DNA from: an uncultured Candidatus Saccharibacteria bacterium
GTDB lineage: Bacteria > Patescibacteriota > Minisyncoccia > Phycocordibacterales > Zambryskibacteraceae
Direction: 5' to 3'
Assembly (NCBI GenBank): GCA_964357635.1
Contig: CAYHLZ010000002.1
Location: forward strand, 513-64,512
Length of the DNA stretch: 64,000 nt
A model generated the notes under the pieces. That model did no database searches. It was given only the letters and a program-made list of their open reading frames with translations, and had not been told where the DNA came from. Of this stretch, positions 18,291 to 28,273 are shown piece after piece. Numbering within the stretch: position 1 is the first letter of the stretch; every line of letters starts with the position of its first letter. The position numbers were made by a program, and so were the translations under genes.

Positions 18291-19515
18291 GTGCCCAGAG
18301 AGTTAGGTCAATTTTGTTTATAAAGATTAAGTAATCTTCGTTTGGAGAAAGTTTTGGCTCTATTACATCGATGCTTCCTAGCTCTGTAGGTAGTTCTAGG
18401 AGAACCTGAGCAACACCAGTGTCAGTGTCAAAAGACCAAACTCTGTCATAAAAAACGCTTACTCCTTTGTACCAGTTATCTGGTTCGTTTATACCAATTT
18501 TGTTTGATGGCACACCACAGAAGACTAACGCTGTGTTTTTTGTACTCCACACACACTTATCGGCAAGGGTGGTAGCCGAAAGTTCATTAATATCATCAGC
18601 AGGAATGTTTTTTACAAACGACAAAGTTTCATTGTTGACGGCGTATGAATACAGCACCCGACTTCCTTGTGTATTAGACAGGGCTGTTAAAGCATTAAAT
18701 GGTCCAAGAATTTTTGTAAATGCCCCACTTGAGGTGTTTAACGAGTATGCATAACCAGGGACACTAAAGCTTGCTTTGGTGTGGACAACCAAGCTGTTGC
18801 CCGAAGTCATAAGACGCCAATTGGTGAAAGGTGAACTGAAAAGAGTTTTGAGACCAGAGCCATTAAACGCAGAAGAAACTATTGAGAGTGAATCTTCCAG
18901 AGAATAGATGAGGTTATCACCAGAGCCAACAGTCACAGAACCAATGTCTCCACGTATTGGAGTTGAGACAACCGTATAAAGCATGTCGGTTTCTGGCGAA
19001 CTTGTTGCTGTTGGTTTTGGTAGAGACAAAGCAAAAGACAAATTTTCTACCAAATCAGTGTCATCTTTAAGAAATCTTACAAGAACAGCCTTACCGTCCG
19101 TCCTAAAGTATGCCTCATAAATCTTCGGCAAGGTTTGGTTGGTAATCTTTGTTTTTTTAAGTGTCAGCAAATCAATCTCATAAATATGACCTGTTGCACG
19201 GTCCACATATCTTGCAACAGTGGTTGATGAATTTTTATTCAGAACCACTGCTCCAGCAACCGGAACATCAGAGAGCTGAAAAAATGTTTTCTCTGAAGAA
19301 TCCTCTTCATTTGAAACAGGTTCTTCGGTGGTTTCTGATGGATTTTCTGTTTCGGTTGTTGAAGAAGGAAGGTCGTCTCCAGAACCAAAGGGCAGAAGCC
19401 CAGAAACTGTTTCACTAAAAGGGGTACCAGAGCTTTTAAGAAACAGATATCCCCCAACTAGCACAGCAAGAAGCAGGATAGAGGTGATTATTATAATTAA
19501 AAACTTTTTTGACAT
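18271..19515 (-). CDS. Membrane-anchored hypothetical protein, probable beta-propeller
   Basis: N-terminal TM, acidic linker, beta-rich repeats ending LSPNEDYLIFINK; last gene of the T4SS-like run. Confidence 0.6.
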   Translation of the reverse strand: MSKKFLIIIITSILLLAVLVGGYLFLKSSGTPFSETVSGLLPFGSGDDLPSSTTETENPSETTEEPVSNEEDSSEKTFFQLSDVPVAGAVVLNKNSSTTVARYVDRATGHIYEIDLLTLKKTKITNQTLPKIYEAYFRTDGKAVLVRFLKDDTDLVENLSFALSLPKPTATSSPETDMLYTVVSTPIRGDIGSVTVGSGDNLIYSLEDSLSIVSSAFNGSGLKTLFSSPFTNWRLMTSGNSLVVHTKASFSVPGYAYSLNTSSGAFTKILGPFNALTALSNTQGSRVLYSYAVNNETLSFVKNIPADDINELSATTLADKCVWSTKNTALVFCGVPSNKIGINEPDNWYKGVSVFYDRVWSFDTDTGVAQVLLELPTELGSIDVIEPKLSPNEDYLIFINKIDLTLWALRLEEL

Positions 19516-19533
19516 AATATTAATTACTCAATT

Positions 19534-20397
19534 CTACGTTTGTGCATGCCAGTGGTTACCACGAGATGTTACCTCGTAAGTAAGTATTCCGATTCCTGGC
19601 ACCAACACCCTTGTTCCGTTTCTAGGACCAGATGCTTCTGAATTAAATTGTGATAAATAAGTATGAAGTGCTTGAGATTGGCGAAGGTCAATTGCTGCTC
19701 GACCGGGACCGTGTGTTTCGTGCCCACCTTCAGAGCCGCCAGTTATTGTTAAAGGGCAACCACAGAGGGTTGCCAACTGCATCACATGAAGAATGGTGGT
19801 TGGTGGTAGACCAACAACGTTTGTGCATCCTTCGGTTTCTCCGTTAACACAAGGACCATTATTTACCGACACGGGAGGTATGTTTTGCCCAAGCACCTGT
19901 CTAATTTGAGCATCTGCTGCCACTTGTTCTGGTGTCAGTGGGTATCCTGGGAGTACGTTACCACCACCTCCTCCAACAACAGGGGCGGGTGCGGTTGGTC
20001 GCGGGGCGCTAAAATTAAAATTCACCAAATCAGGATTAATGCTATTTAGAATAACCCAAGCACCTAATGCTAAAAGTAATCCGCCTATGGCATTTTGAAT
20101 AGTGTTTTTTGCCTCACTTTTTCCGGAAAAGGCGTCAGTGGACATATATTTAATACCACCGACAATTATCATAATAACAGCAAGCACTCCGGCGATGCCG
20201 ATAAGTAGAGAAAAGACGCCGGTGATGTATGGCACAGGACTCGTTCTTCCGCTTCCTTGGGTTGTTTCTGTCCCGGGCAAGGGTGCCAAAAGCTGATAAT
20301 CGGTTTGAGCAAATACTGGCGCGTTGTTAGCAAGTAAAACCAGAACGGCAAATACAAAAGCAATAAAAGCAAATTTTTTCATATTAGTTGTTTTCAT
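19534..20397 (-). CDS. VirB2/TrbC-like pilin fused to a putative M15-type Zn-peptidase domain
   Basis: Pilin core GIAGVLAVIMIIVGGIKYMST...EAKNTIQNAIGGLLLALGAWVILNSINPDL; C-terminal THGPGRAAID and NHWH. Confidence 0.7.
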   Translation of the reverse strand: MKTTNMKKFAFIAFVFAVLVLLANNAPVFAQTDYQLLAPLPGTETTQGSGRTSPVPYITGVFSLLIGIAGVLAVIMIIVGGIKYMSTDAFSGKSEAKNTIQNAIGGLLLALGAWVILNSINPDLVNFNFSAPRPTAPAPVVGGGGGNVLPGYPLTPEQVAADAQIRQVLGQNIPPVSVNNGPCVNGETEGCTNVVGLPPTTILHVMQLATLCGCPLTITGGSEGGHETHGPGRAAIDLRQSQALHTYLSQFNSEASGPRNGTRVLVPGIGILTYEVTSRGNHWHAQT

Positions 20398-21094
20398 ATT
20401 GTATTAAGAAATTTTTATTGGCAAACTGCGTAACCTGGTACGTGTTTGATACACGCGCACGTATACTTGAAGCTCCTTTGGCATCATCGGGGGTGCGATA
20501 CGTTACCGAACTCCCCGTGTCTGTGCCCCCAACATTAGTGCCCCATTCGTACTTCAAAACATCGTCAGTGCGATCAAAAACACTAAAGAAAAAAGGAAAA
20601 GCCGTAAAAGTAACTTCTTTCCCCTCTAATTTATAGGTATTACCTACCTCTTTGTTGAATTTAAATCCATAAAGAGGATTGTTTTCATATATATAAAGAG
20701 AGGGCGTTAACGGGGTAATCTTAGTGGAGGCGCTTGCCAACACCGTTTTTTGACCATACTCGTCTGAAGAAGAAGAGATGATTTCTACCTTGATGGTTTG
20801 GGGTTTTGAAAGAATTGAGTCAAGAAAAGATATAGTATTTTTGCCAATCCCGTTTAAATTACCCAAAACTGTGCCAGTTTTTGTCCACTTATAGTTTAAG
20901 CTAGCTGGGTTACCGAGGCCGTGAGGTATTGCTACAAGAGTAATCCTAGACTGGCTTGACCACAGTGTCCTGCCTTTATAAAACGGAGGAACATAATTTT
21001 CTCCTTGCCAAAGAAGATCTACTTCTTGAGCCTTTAGAAAAGTTGTTGGCAGGATAAGTAGAGCAAGTACCAAAAGGAGAAAGGTTTTCTTCAT
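20384..21094 (-). CDS. Secreted hypothetical protein with Ig/PKD-like beta domains
   Basis: Signal peptide MKKTFLL...LKA; YVPPFYKGR, two Y.W motifs; start at ATG 21094. Confidence 0.65.
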   Translation of the reverse strand: MKKTFLLLVLALLILPTTFLKAQEVDLLWQGENYVPPFYKGRTLWSSQSRITLVAIPHGLGNPASLNYKWTKTGTVLGNLNGIGKNTISFLDSILSKPQTIKVEIISSSSDEYGQKTVLASASTKITPLTPSLYIYENNPLYGFKFNKEVGNTYKLEGKEVTFTAFPFFFSVFDRTDDVLKYEWGTNVGGTDTGSSVTYRTPDDAKGASSIRARVSNTYQVTQFANKNFLIQYENN

Positions 21095-21135
21095 CCCCTT
21101 ATTATAACGAATCCTTTGGCAATTTTCTTTTGACA

Positions 21136-23007
21136 TTATTGACTTGTTGCTCCGGCCTCTTTTAACTCTCTTTGAGCTGCCTCCACGGCTGTTTCTTGGT
21201 TTTCTTCCGCTTCTTGTTTTGCCTTTTTAATAGCAAGCACTTGCGAGGGGTCGGAAGTGATAATCTGGTCTTCTGTATATGAAGCGATGTTTTTTATGGC
21301 AACGTGTTTTAGTCCAGCAAAAAAGATTCCTTCTCCCCTATCTGACTCCAGAAGCAAATATTTTTCCTCGTCTGTGAGATTAAAGGTTTTTTGAAGCTCG
21401 TCTATGATGGTGGGAGACTGCTTCATGAGAATCTGTATAGAAGAGTTGGTAATAATTGGCAAACCATAAGGACTCTTCAAGAAGTCGCCGACATCTTGCG
21501 TTATTGTCGCAACACCGAGGAAATATTTTCTTCCTCGCTTGACGAGTCCCATGAGGAAGGAAGCAGTGTCTTCCGATTTCATCATCCACCACGCCTCGTC
21601 TATAACCAAGAGACGTTTTTTGAGTTCTTTTCTGATAACGTTCCAAATATAGTGGGTAACAATGTACATGGCGATGGGCTTGAGTTCATCCTCCATGTCT
21701 CGCAGAGAGAAGACCACAAACTTTTTATTTATATCAACATTTGATGGTCTGTTGATAAATCCGGACCAAGTGCCTTTCGTATATTTGGAAAGTCTTTGAG
21801 CAAGAGATTCTCCACCCTCCATACCAGCAAGCACCATTTCAAAGTCAGACATTAAAGGAGGTTCAATATTACGAAAGTCTGAATCGGCAGTAATATCCTT
21901 GAGAGCGTATGTTTCAGTGATGGCGCGGTCAATAATAGCGTCTTCCTCAGCAGTTAAGCCACCCATCATTAGTCGGAAAAGACCGACTAGGTTAATAATA
22001 TTTGAGCGAAGCACGTTTGCCGTGCTCTCGTCTGGTCCAGGTATCGGTAGGTCAAAAGGATTTATATGGTGTTCTGAGTTAAGAGAGATTTTAAAATATC
22101 TACCACCTGTTGCTTCTGCCATGTACTCATACTCTCGCTCCGGATCTATCACGATCACTTCCGTGTCAAACATCAAGGTACGCAATATCTCAAGTTTTGT
22201 GGCATAAGATTTACCAGCACCAGACTTGGCAAACATAATTGAGTTGTAGTTTTCAAGAGAGAAGCGGTCAAAGAGCACCAAAGATGAGTTGTGCCTATTG
22301 ATACCATAAAGAATTCCCTTGTCTGAAGTTAGGTCAAAGGAGGTGAATGGGAAAAGAGAGGAAAGTGGAGAGGAGTTGAGCTTAGAATGCACCTCAAGAA
22401 GGTCGTTGCCAAGAGGAATGGTGCTTTTGTATCCCTGTTCTTGTTGGAAAAGAGCCGGTTTTACATAAATAAGTTTTGCTTCAAGAATAGATTTAATTTC
22501 TGACTCAACCTTATCTAACTCTGCGGCACTATCACCATAAATAGTGATATAAAGACCGACGTCAAAAAGTTTTTCCTGTGCTTGTTGAAGCTGGTCTCGC
22601 AGATTCTCAAGGTCTTGATAGGCAACGTCAAGCACTGGGTCACGCACCAACCCCTTTTCTTCTCTGCCGTGGATCTGACTTTGCACCTCGGCAACTTTTC
22701 TCTGGAACTGGCGCAACACCTTTGAAGTCTCAATAGGGTGAACAAAGATTGAGACATCAAAAACCTTGTCCATGTTAATAATGGGAGAAAACCAACCCTC
22801 GGAAAGAAAACGCGGATACGAAATAACAAAGAAACTTCTTAAAACCTTCTCACCAAGATTAATCTCCTTAGGTGTGACCTTGAGGGCCGATGGCGCAATA
22901 ATATCTTTGAGCTCCAGCACCCCTGCTTCAAAAATTTCTTTAGGCAAAATAGAAGAAATATCAGTCTTTGTTTCTTTTTTCTTAAATAATGAATCAAAAA
23001 TTGCCAT
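21136..23007 (-). CDS. virB4: VirB4/TraC-like secretion ATPase
   Basis: Walker A AKSGAGKS, IDPEREY, INPFD, Walker B VIDEAW, KRGRKY, ITQDV. Confidence 0.88.
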   Translation of the reverse strand: MAIFDSLFKKKETKTDISSILPKEIFEAGVLELKDIIAPSALKVTPKEINLGEKVLRSFFVISYPRFLSEGWFSPIINMDKVFDVSIFVHPIETSKVLRQFQRKVAEVQSQIHGREEKGLVRDPVLDVAYQDLENLRDQLQQAQEKLFDVGLYITIYGDSAAELDKVESEIKSILEAKLIYVKPALFQQEQGYKSTIPLGNDLLEVHSKLNSSPLSSLFPFTSFDLTSDKGILYGINRHNSSLVLFDRFSLENYNSIMFAKSGAGKSYATKLEILRTLMFDTEVIVIDPEREYEYMAEATGGRYFKISLNSEHHINPFDLPIPGPDESTANVLRSNIINLVGLFRLMMGGLTAEEDAIIDRAITETYALKDITADSDFRNIEPPLMSDFEMVLAGMEGGESLAQRLSKYTKGTWSGFINRPSNVDINKKFVVFSLRDMEDELKPIAMYIVTHYIWNVIRKELKKRLLVIDEAWWMMKSEDTASFLMGLVKRGRKYFLGVATITQDVGDFLKSPYGLPIITNSSIQILMKQSPTIIDELQKTFNLTDEEKYLLLESDRGEGIFFAGLKHVAIKNIASYTEDQIITSDPSQVLAIKKAKQEAEENQETAVEAAQRELKEAGATSQ

Positions 23008-23008
23008 A

Positions 23009-23665
23009 TTAGGTTACTTTAATCGGCTTCTCTGTCTCGCCCGGGTTAAATGCTTTGTAGAAAAGCTCAATAACTTCTTCTGTACCAAGACGAACCACAC
23101 GAATGCCGGTTCGTATTAGTCCTTGCTCTACCACTGACAAACGTTCTTCAAGCTGGCTTCTGTCCTCGTCAAAACTTGCTTCAGTCTTACTGGATTTATC
23201 ATTATCGGTACCAAGTCCTAGACGTGAAGTAATGCCACTGGCAATACCTCCGCTTGACTGGCTGGTTGATAAAATGGCGGGACTATAAGGCACCACGATA
23301 AAGAAGTGTTTGGTCATAATGTTTGTGTTCTCGGTGAAGTTTTTGATGAATTCAATGTATTCTCTCACCTGAATCTTCATTAAATTGTTCGTCTGGTTTT
23401 TCTCTTGTCCCTCTAGAAGAGCGATGTAGGGGCGGATATCAAGTTTGCGAGATTGCACCACTATCTCAATAGAGAAATCAAGAGAATTTAGAAAATCTTG
23501 GAATTGGAAGAGAATTGCCTGCTTCTCATCTTCCGATTTTAGAGAAAAGTTTAAGGACGAGCAGAGAAGGATAGAGCGCATGCCTCCGTCTTTGAGGATG
23601 ACAGTACCGTCCCGCACCTCTTTGATGGGAACAAATTCTTGGGTAGCGTTTGTAGTAGGAGCCAT
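23009..23665 (-). CDS. TraC/VirB4-N-terminal-like T4SS component
   Basis: SLNFSLKSEDEKQAI..FQDFLNSLDF.IEIVVQSR; lies between prgI-like and virB4-like genes. Confidence 0.65.
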   Translation of the reverse strand: MAPTTNATQEFVPIKEVRDGTVILKDGGMRSILLCSSLNFSLKSEDEKQAILFQFQDFLNSLDFSIEIVVQSRKLDIRPYIALLEGQEKNQTNNLMKIQVREYIEFIKNFTENTNIMTKHFFIVVPYSPAILSTSQSSGGIASGITSRLGLGTDNDKSSKTEASFDEDRSQLEERLSVVEQGLIRTGIRVVRLGTEEVIELFYKAFNPGETEKPIKVT

Positions 23666-23672
23666 GCCTCAA

Positions 23673-24104
23673 TTATACCTTATCCTCGGTGTTTTCCGTT
23701 GTAGGATTAACGTTTTCTTTAATATCTAGGCTCCAACTAAGATCTCTAAGCTTTGATTCCGATAGTTTGGGTACATAGACTTGGTCTAAAGGTTTTGCAT
23801 CTCTTGGTCCGGCAACTGGCTTCTTCTCTTCCTTCTTCCAGAGATAGAGCTTGTTGGTCAAGGTGTATTTAACAAAAGCTTCTACTACGTTTATAAACGG
23901 TTTGCCGTTGATTTTGTAAAACGCCAATGCTCCAGCGAAGGCAAGTATGGGTAATGCAATTAAAATCGCTAAAAATTTTGGTAAAAGAATGAACAAAACG
24001 ACAGCAATACCAGCTCCACCAGCAACATAAATAAATTGCTTAAAGGTCATAGGGCCAAAAATCTTGTCTTCAATCTCTATAAATTGTGGTACTTGAAAGC
24101 GCAT
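23673..24104 (-). CDS. PrgI-family (VirB3-like) membrane protein
   Basis: MRFQVPQFIEIEDKIFGPMTFKQF followed by two TM helices. Confidence 0.85.
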   Translation of the reverse strand: MRFQVPQFIEIEDKIFGPMTFKQFIYVAGGAGIAVVLFILLPKFLAILIALPILAFAGALAFYKINGKPFINVVEAFVKYTLTNKLYLWKKEEKKPVAGPRDAKPLDQVYVPKLSESKLRDLSWSLDIKENVNPTTENTEDKV

Positions 24105-24113
24105 AAATTTATT

Positions 24114-24647
24114 TTACACTAACGGCTCTCTATACGGATCCTTTCCTTCTCCATATCTATAATCTGGCAAAGACGTCTTCGTTTCTTTTGGTTTCGGCGG
24201 TTCTCCGCCCGACTCCAGCCCGACAAAGTCATTCTGGCGGGGAACGACTTCAGTCGTTCGGGCGGGCTCTACATGTGGCACGCTGTGCGCCACCTCACCC
24301 TCTTCTACCATGGGCAGGTTATCACCAGAAACTTTTTTCTCCCCAATACTTTTTTCCACAATTGGACCAAGAATTTTCTCAGCGACAGAGTCTCCAATTT
24401 TGTTGGCTGTTTCTTGGGACACACTAACTGCCCGTATAATGTTTTGTACAAAATCATCCGGGTTCTCAAACGCATATAGAACAAACATAGTTTCCTGTTC
24501 AAGAGAAACTATTTGTTCGGGGTCTAAAGCATTACTTTTACCAATTTCCTCTACCAACGCTTTCCAAGGCAGGGCACTAATTGCCTGTTGCAGATTGGAG
24601 GGCAACTTATCAAACTGTTCTTTTATAAGTTTTTCTTCTTCGTTCAT
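24114..24647 (-). CDS. Hypothetical protein (C-terminal DPYREP motif) with in-frame palindromic insert
   Basis: 177-aa ORF in T4SS-like operon, ends KDPYREPLV. Confidence 0.65.
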   Translation of the reverse strand: MNEEEKLIKEQFDKLPSNLQQAISALPWKALVEEIGKSNALDPEQIVSLEQETMFVLYAFENPDDFVQNIIRAVSVSQETANKIGDSVAEKILGPIVEKSIGEKKVSGDNLPMVEEGEVAHSVPHVEPARTTEVVPRQNDFVGLESGGEPPKPKETKTSLPDYRYGEGKDPYREPLV

Positions 24648-26830
24648 GGTGTAGATGTTGTTCCTCCGGAAGGTGGTGGGGGTGTTGATGGTGGAGTTGC
24701 TTCTGGCGTTTCTTCTTCAGGCAAATCTCCTGATTCTTTGGCAACATCTTTATATGCCTCGATTAATTTGTCTTTTTTACTCTTTCCTGTTCTTATTCGA
24801 GCTGCCGCAGCATAGTTATAACCAGCAAGTTTTGCCCAAGGGGATCTTTCCACCATATCTGCATATTTACCTTTTCGTATTTCTGCCGCTGGTTGTATTT
24901 CCTTCAGGCTTTCTATTTGTTTGTCATAAGCAGCGGATATTATCTTTGTGTCTTCCTCTATTTTTTCTCTTGCCCTAATCGTCTCTTTCTTTAATGTCTT
25001 AAGTTTTTCTCTTTCAATGTCCAATTCTTTTAACTTTTCTGTTTTGACTCCAAAGTCAGCTGTTTCTAGTTCTCCTTCTAGTTTAGATATGGCATCAGAT
25101 GATGCTTTTTCTTTTGCTTCAGTCGCCCTCAATTGCTCTTTATTTTTTTCTTCCTTTTTCTTTATATCCGCCTGTTTGTTTGTTTCCGCTTCCTGTCTTT
25201 TTTTCTTTATCTCCTCTTTGTTACCCAACAGATTATCAAGTTTTTGTTTAGCCTGAAGCGCCTGTGGCGAAGTTTCTCCAAATTTTGTTTTTGCGTTATC
25301 ATATTCAGCTTTTGCCTTAGCCCTTGCTTTATCTGATGGGGCATATGATTCCGCCACCTTTGCTGCTTTTTCAGATTGTGCTTTTCTGTATCCAGAAAAA
25401 CCATCTTTAGTACCCTTGAACACTTTAGAATCAGCATCAAGAACACCTCCCAATCCGCCAGGAGCATTTCTTGCATCATAGCTTGCTGACCCACCCTTTC
25501 TTCCTGCCCAAAGAGCAAGTCTTGCACTTCGACTACCCTCAGCAGCTTTTCCTTTAAAGTACTCGCTTTCAGATACTGCGGTTGCTGCTCTACCAACCGT
25601 TTGTCTACCAGCAAACGCCGCTGTTCCGACAACAGCACCAGTCAAGAATTTGGTTGCGTTCGTTACATTTGAACCAGCCTTGTTTGCCCACGATTTGGCG
25701 ATACTAAGAGCAGCAAGGAGAAAGACAATCACAATCATAAAGTTCATAAACATAGCAAACGCTCCACTGGAAAGGGCAACTATCTCCTGCCCCCGCTCAC
25801 CTACAGCCGCAAGAGCGCCAAACTCGGTAACGGCACCTCCCGCCGAACCCAAAGAGGTCCTAATACCCCTTAGAACCTCAACCGCAATCCAAAGAATCAT
25901 AAAAAATATAGGGGCAAAAAACGCTTGCCCCACCAGAGTTTCTTTCCACTTATCTGCTGCTCCGCGTAGTGCCGGTAAAACAAAGGCAATAAAAGCTATA
26001 GGAGAAAGAATTAATACCAAAATTAAAACCACATAACGCACAATAAGCATGATTGCCATAGAGAAGAAGACAAAGGCGGAAATGACAAGCATGATAGAGC
26101 CCATCATAGTTATAGTGAGTATGGTTCCATTGCCGAGAGTGCCTCCGCTAAAGCTGTAAAGACTTTGCAAATTTAATTGTTGCATAAAAGCGTTTGAAAG
26201 ACCGCGTGATGACAGGGCGGTTGTGAGGTCAGTTAGAGTTCCGGAAGGTATGATTAGATCGTGGAAAAAGAGAGCCAATATATTGGCGGCATCAATGACC
26301 AGTTTGGTGAAGAAGAGACTGAAGTTTATAAGTATGGCAACGATGATGACGTTAACAATTAGTTTCTTGGTATCGCTTCCTACTCCCAAGATGGTTCGTA
26401 TCGCTGCATACAGGAGGATAAATATAAAACCCATGTTGGCGAGGTCACGGACGGCATCCCATGCATTATTTATGGCGGTTTCGTTAGCAGCATAGTTGTC
26501 AGACATGCTGATGACTGTGAAATAGACCACTGCATTTAAAACAACTCCGGCCAGGCCTGTCAAAAATCCCATAAACTGAAGGATTGACTCTGCCAAGGGA
26601 ATGACAACCCATGACATTATTTCGCACCCAAAATCAAACACCTCTGGACACAGTCCCTCCGATGATGCCCCTGACGGTTGGTCAGGTATACAACCGGGCT
26701 GAGGATCGACAGAGCACGGTGGTGGGGCTTGAGCCAATGTTGTTTGAGGAGCAATAAATCCACTTGTAGTAAAAACAATTACAAGAACGAAAAATAAAGC
26801 CGAAAATTTTTTCCAATACTTTTTCATCAA
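24644..26830 (-). CDS. VirB6/TrbL-like polytopic membrane protein with coiled-coil tail
   Basis: WDAVRDLANMGFIFILLYAA, LINFSLFFTK.VID, RYVVL...LSPIAF..LP; charged C-terminus. Confidence 0.75.
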   Translation of the reverse strand: MMKKYWKKFSALFFVLVIVFTTSGFIAPQTTLAQAPPPCSVDPQPGCIPDQPSGASSEGLCPEVFDFGCEIMSWVVIPLAESILQFMGFLTGLAGVVLNAVVYFTVISMSDNYAANETAINNAWDAVRDLANMGFIFILLYAAIRTILGVGSDTKKLIVNVIIVAILINFSLFFTKLVIDAANILALFFHDLIIPSGTLTDLTTALSSRGLSNAFMQQLNLQSLYSFSGGTLGNGTILTITMMGSIMLVISAFVFFSMAIMLIVRYVVLILVLILSPIAFIAFVLPALRGAADKWKETLVGQAFFAPIFFMILWIAVEVLRGIRTSLGSAGGAVTEFGALAAVGERGQEIVALSSGAFAMFMNFMIVIVFLLAALSIAKSWANKAGSNVTNATKFLTGAVVGTAAFAGRQTVGRAATAVSESEYFKGKAAEGSRSARLALWAGRKGGSASYDARNAPGGLGGVLDADSKVFKGTKDGFSGYRKAQSEKAAKVAESYAPSDKARAKAKAEYDNAKTKFGETSPQALQAKQKLDNLLGNKEEIKKKRQEAETNKQADIKKKEEKNKEQLRATEAKEKASSDAISKLEGELETADFGVKTEKLKELDIEREKLKTLKKETIRAREKIEEDTKIISAAYDKQIESLKEIQPAAEIRKGKYADMVERSPWAKLAGYNYAAAARIRTGKSKKDKLIEAYKDVAKESGDLPEEETPEATPPSTPPPPSGGTTSTP

Positions 26831-26833
26831 TAA

Positions 26834-28273
26834 TTATCTTTGAACAGTGACATATTGTGTGGTCGCACCATTTCCGTTAGAACAAGTGAGAATGAAGGTC
26901 ATTATAGGGTCTGTTACTCGCACGGACTCTCCTCCACTAAGAGCCTTAGGACCACTCCAACCCCCAGAGGCTGTGCAGGAAGTAGCGTTGGTAGCTGTCC
27001 AGTCAAGCGAAGCGATGGTAAAGAACGGAAGTTCCAGACGCTCAGCACTAAAGGTAACTACAGGGAGCGCTCCTCCGCCCCCACCTCCGAAACCTCCTCC
27101 AGGGACGGCGACATTAACGGAACGAGAAGTCGGTCCATAAGTATTTGTGCATGTAATAGAATATGTCTGACTTGCCGTTAAACTTGGAGTTAACTCTGTT
27201 CCACTTAGTGCTCTGGGACCACTCCAGCCACCGGATGCGACACAGTAGCTGGCATTGGTGGAAGACCAGGTTATGGTTGCTGTGCCGTTAAGTGCCACTG
27301 TGGTTGGGAAAGCATTGAGAGTCACCGTGGGTGCCAGAGGGTTGCTACCCACTGGTGGTGGAACACCCCCACCTCCACCTCCACCTCCACCTCCACCCCC
27401 ACCACTTAAGAGTCCTTGGGCACCAAAGACAAATCTTTGCAGGAGTTGACCGATGAGCGCGCTCACAAGCTCGTCAAACTCGTCTGCCAACTCAAGCTGT
27501 CTCACGCCAGTTCCTAAAACATTTTCAAGTTGTTTCTCAATTACTACACCAGGTGTTTGGGCATCACCCCAATCTAGACATGTGTTTGTGCCGTCAGTAC
27601 TTCGCCTTTCACACGGAGCGAATGTTAAGAAACCACTGCTCCAACTAAGTTGTTCTTTCTGAAGACCCAAGGCCTCTCTAAGTCGGGAGTTAAGTTCAAT
27701 CCGAGCTTCAACATACGACCCATACGGGTTATTGGCCCTGTTTTGTGTCATGGAAAACCATCCGTCCCATCCTCCTTGGTCAAAATCATCGTAGAAACCT
27801 TCAATATTTCCAACTACGTCAGACAAAGTACATTGAAATTGATAGTCTGACGAACCGATTCCTCCGCTGTTATAGGAATTCCTAAGAGATAATCTAATTT
27901 GAGTTTGAAAAGGTGAGCAAAGAAAGTTAAGATCAGTACCGTCGATAAACTCTCCAGCAAGCCCATCAGCAAGGTTGGTGAAAAACTGTTCCGGATTTCT
28001 TACAAAGGCGGGGCTCCCTTCAAAACCTTCATTTATCCACTCAATAGTGGAGTTCAAAATGCTTTCTATCAGGGTTCTGGCAAGAGTTATCGCGACAAGG
28101 TCAAGAGTTAGTCCGGGGACAAAGTATCCGAACGCGGTTATGCCCACCTCTTTTACAGTATTTGCTTGGTCCACAGTGGGGATTCCATATTGCGCCCCGG
28201 TCTTAGTTGGTAGGATAGGAACAAAGAGTATTACGATTAGCAGGAGGGCCAAAATGCGATTTTTATAATTCAT
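26834..28273 (-). CDS. Secreted T4SS-locus protein with poly-Gly linker and two C-terminal Ig-like modules
   Basis: Signal peptide; WINEGFEGSPAFV, LCSPF, GGWDGW, NNPYG; two W.xTNAxxCxASGGWSG modules. Confidence 0.65.
   Translation of the reverse strand: MNYKNRILALLLIVILFVPILPTKTGAQYGIPTVDQANTVKEVGITAFGYFVPGLTLDLVAITLARTLIESILNSTIEWINEGFEGSPAFVRNPEQFFTNLADGLAGEFIDGTDLNFLCSPFQTQIRLSLRNSYNSGGIGSSDYQFQCTLSDVVGNIEGFYDDFDQGGWDGWFSMTQNRANNPYGSYVEARIELNSRLREALGLQKEQLSWSSGFLTFAPCERRSTDGTNTCLDWGDAQTPGVVIEKQLENVLGTGVRQLELADEFDELVSALIGQLLQRFVFGAQGLLSGGGGGGGGGGGGGVPPPVGSNPLAPTVTLNAFPTTVALNGTATITWSSTNASYCVASGGWSGPRALSGTELTPSLTASQTYSITCTNTYGPTSRSVNVAVPGGGFGGGGGGALPVVTFSAERLELPFFTIASLDWTATNATSCTASGGWSGPKALSGGESVRVTDPIMTFILTCSNGNGATTQYVTVQR
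27365..27403 (-). repeat. (GGTGGA/GGTGGG)n hexamer repeat encoding 13 Gly
   Basis: ACCTCC/ACCCCC tandem repeat on + strand. Confidence 0.8.
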
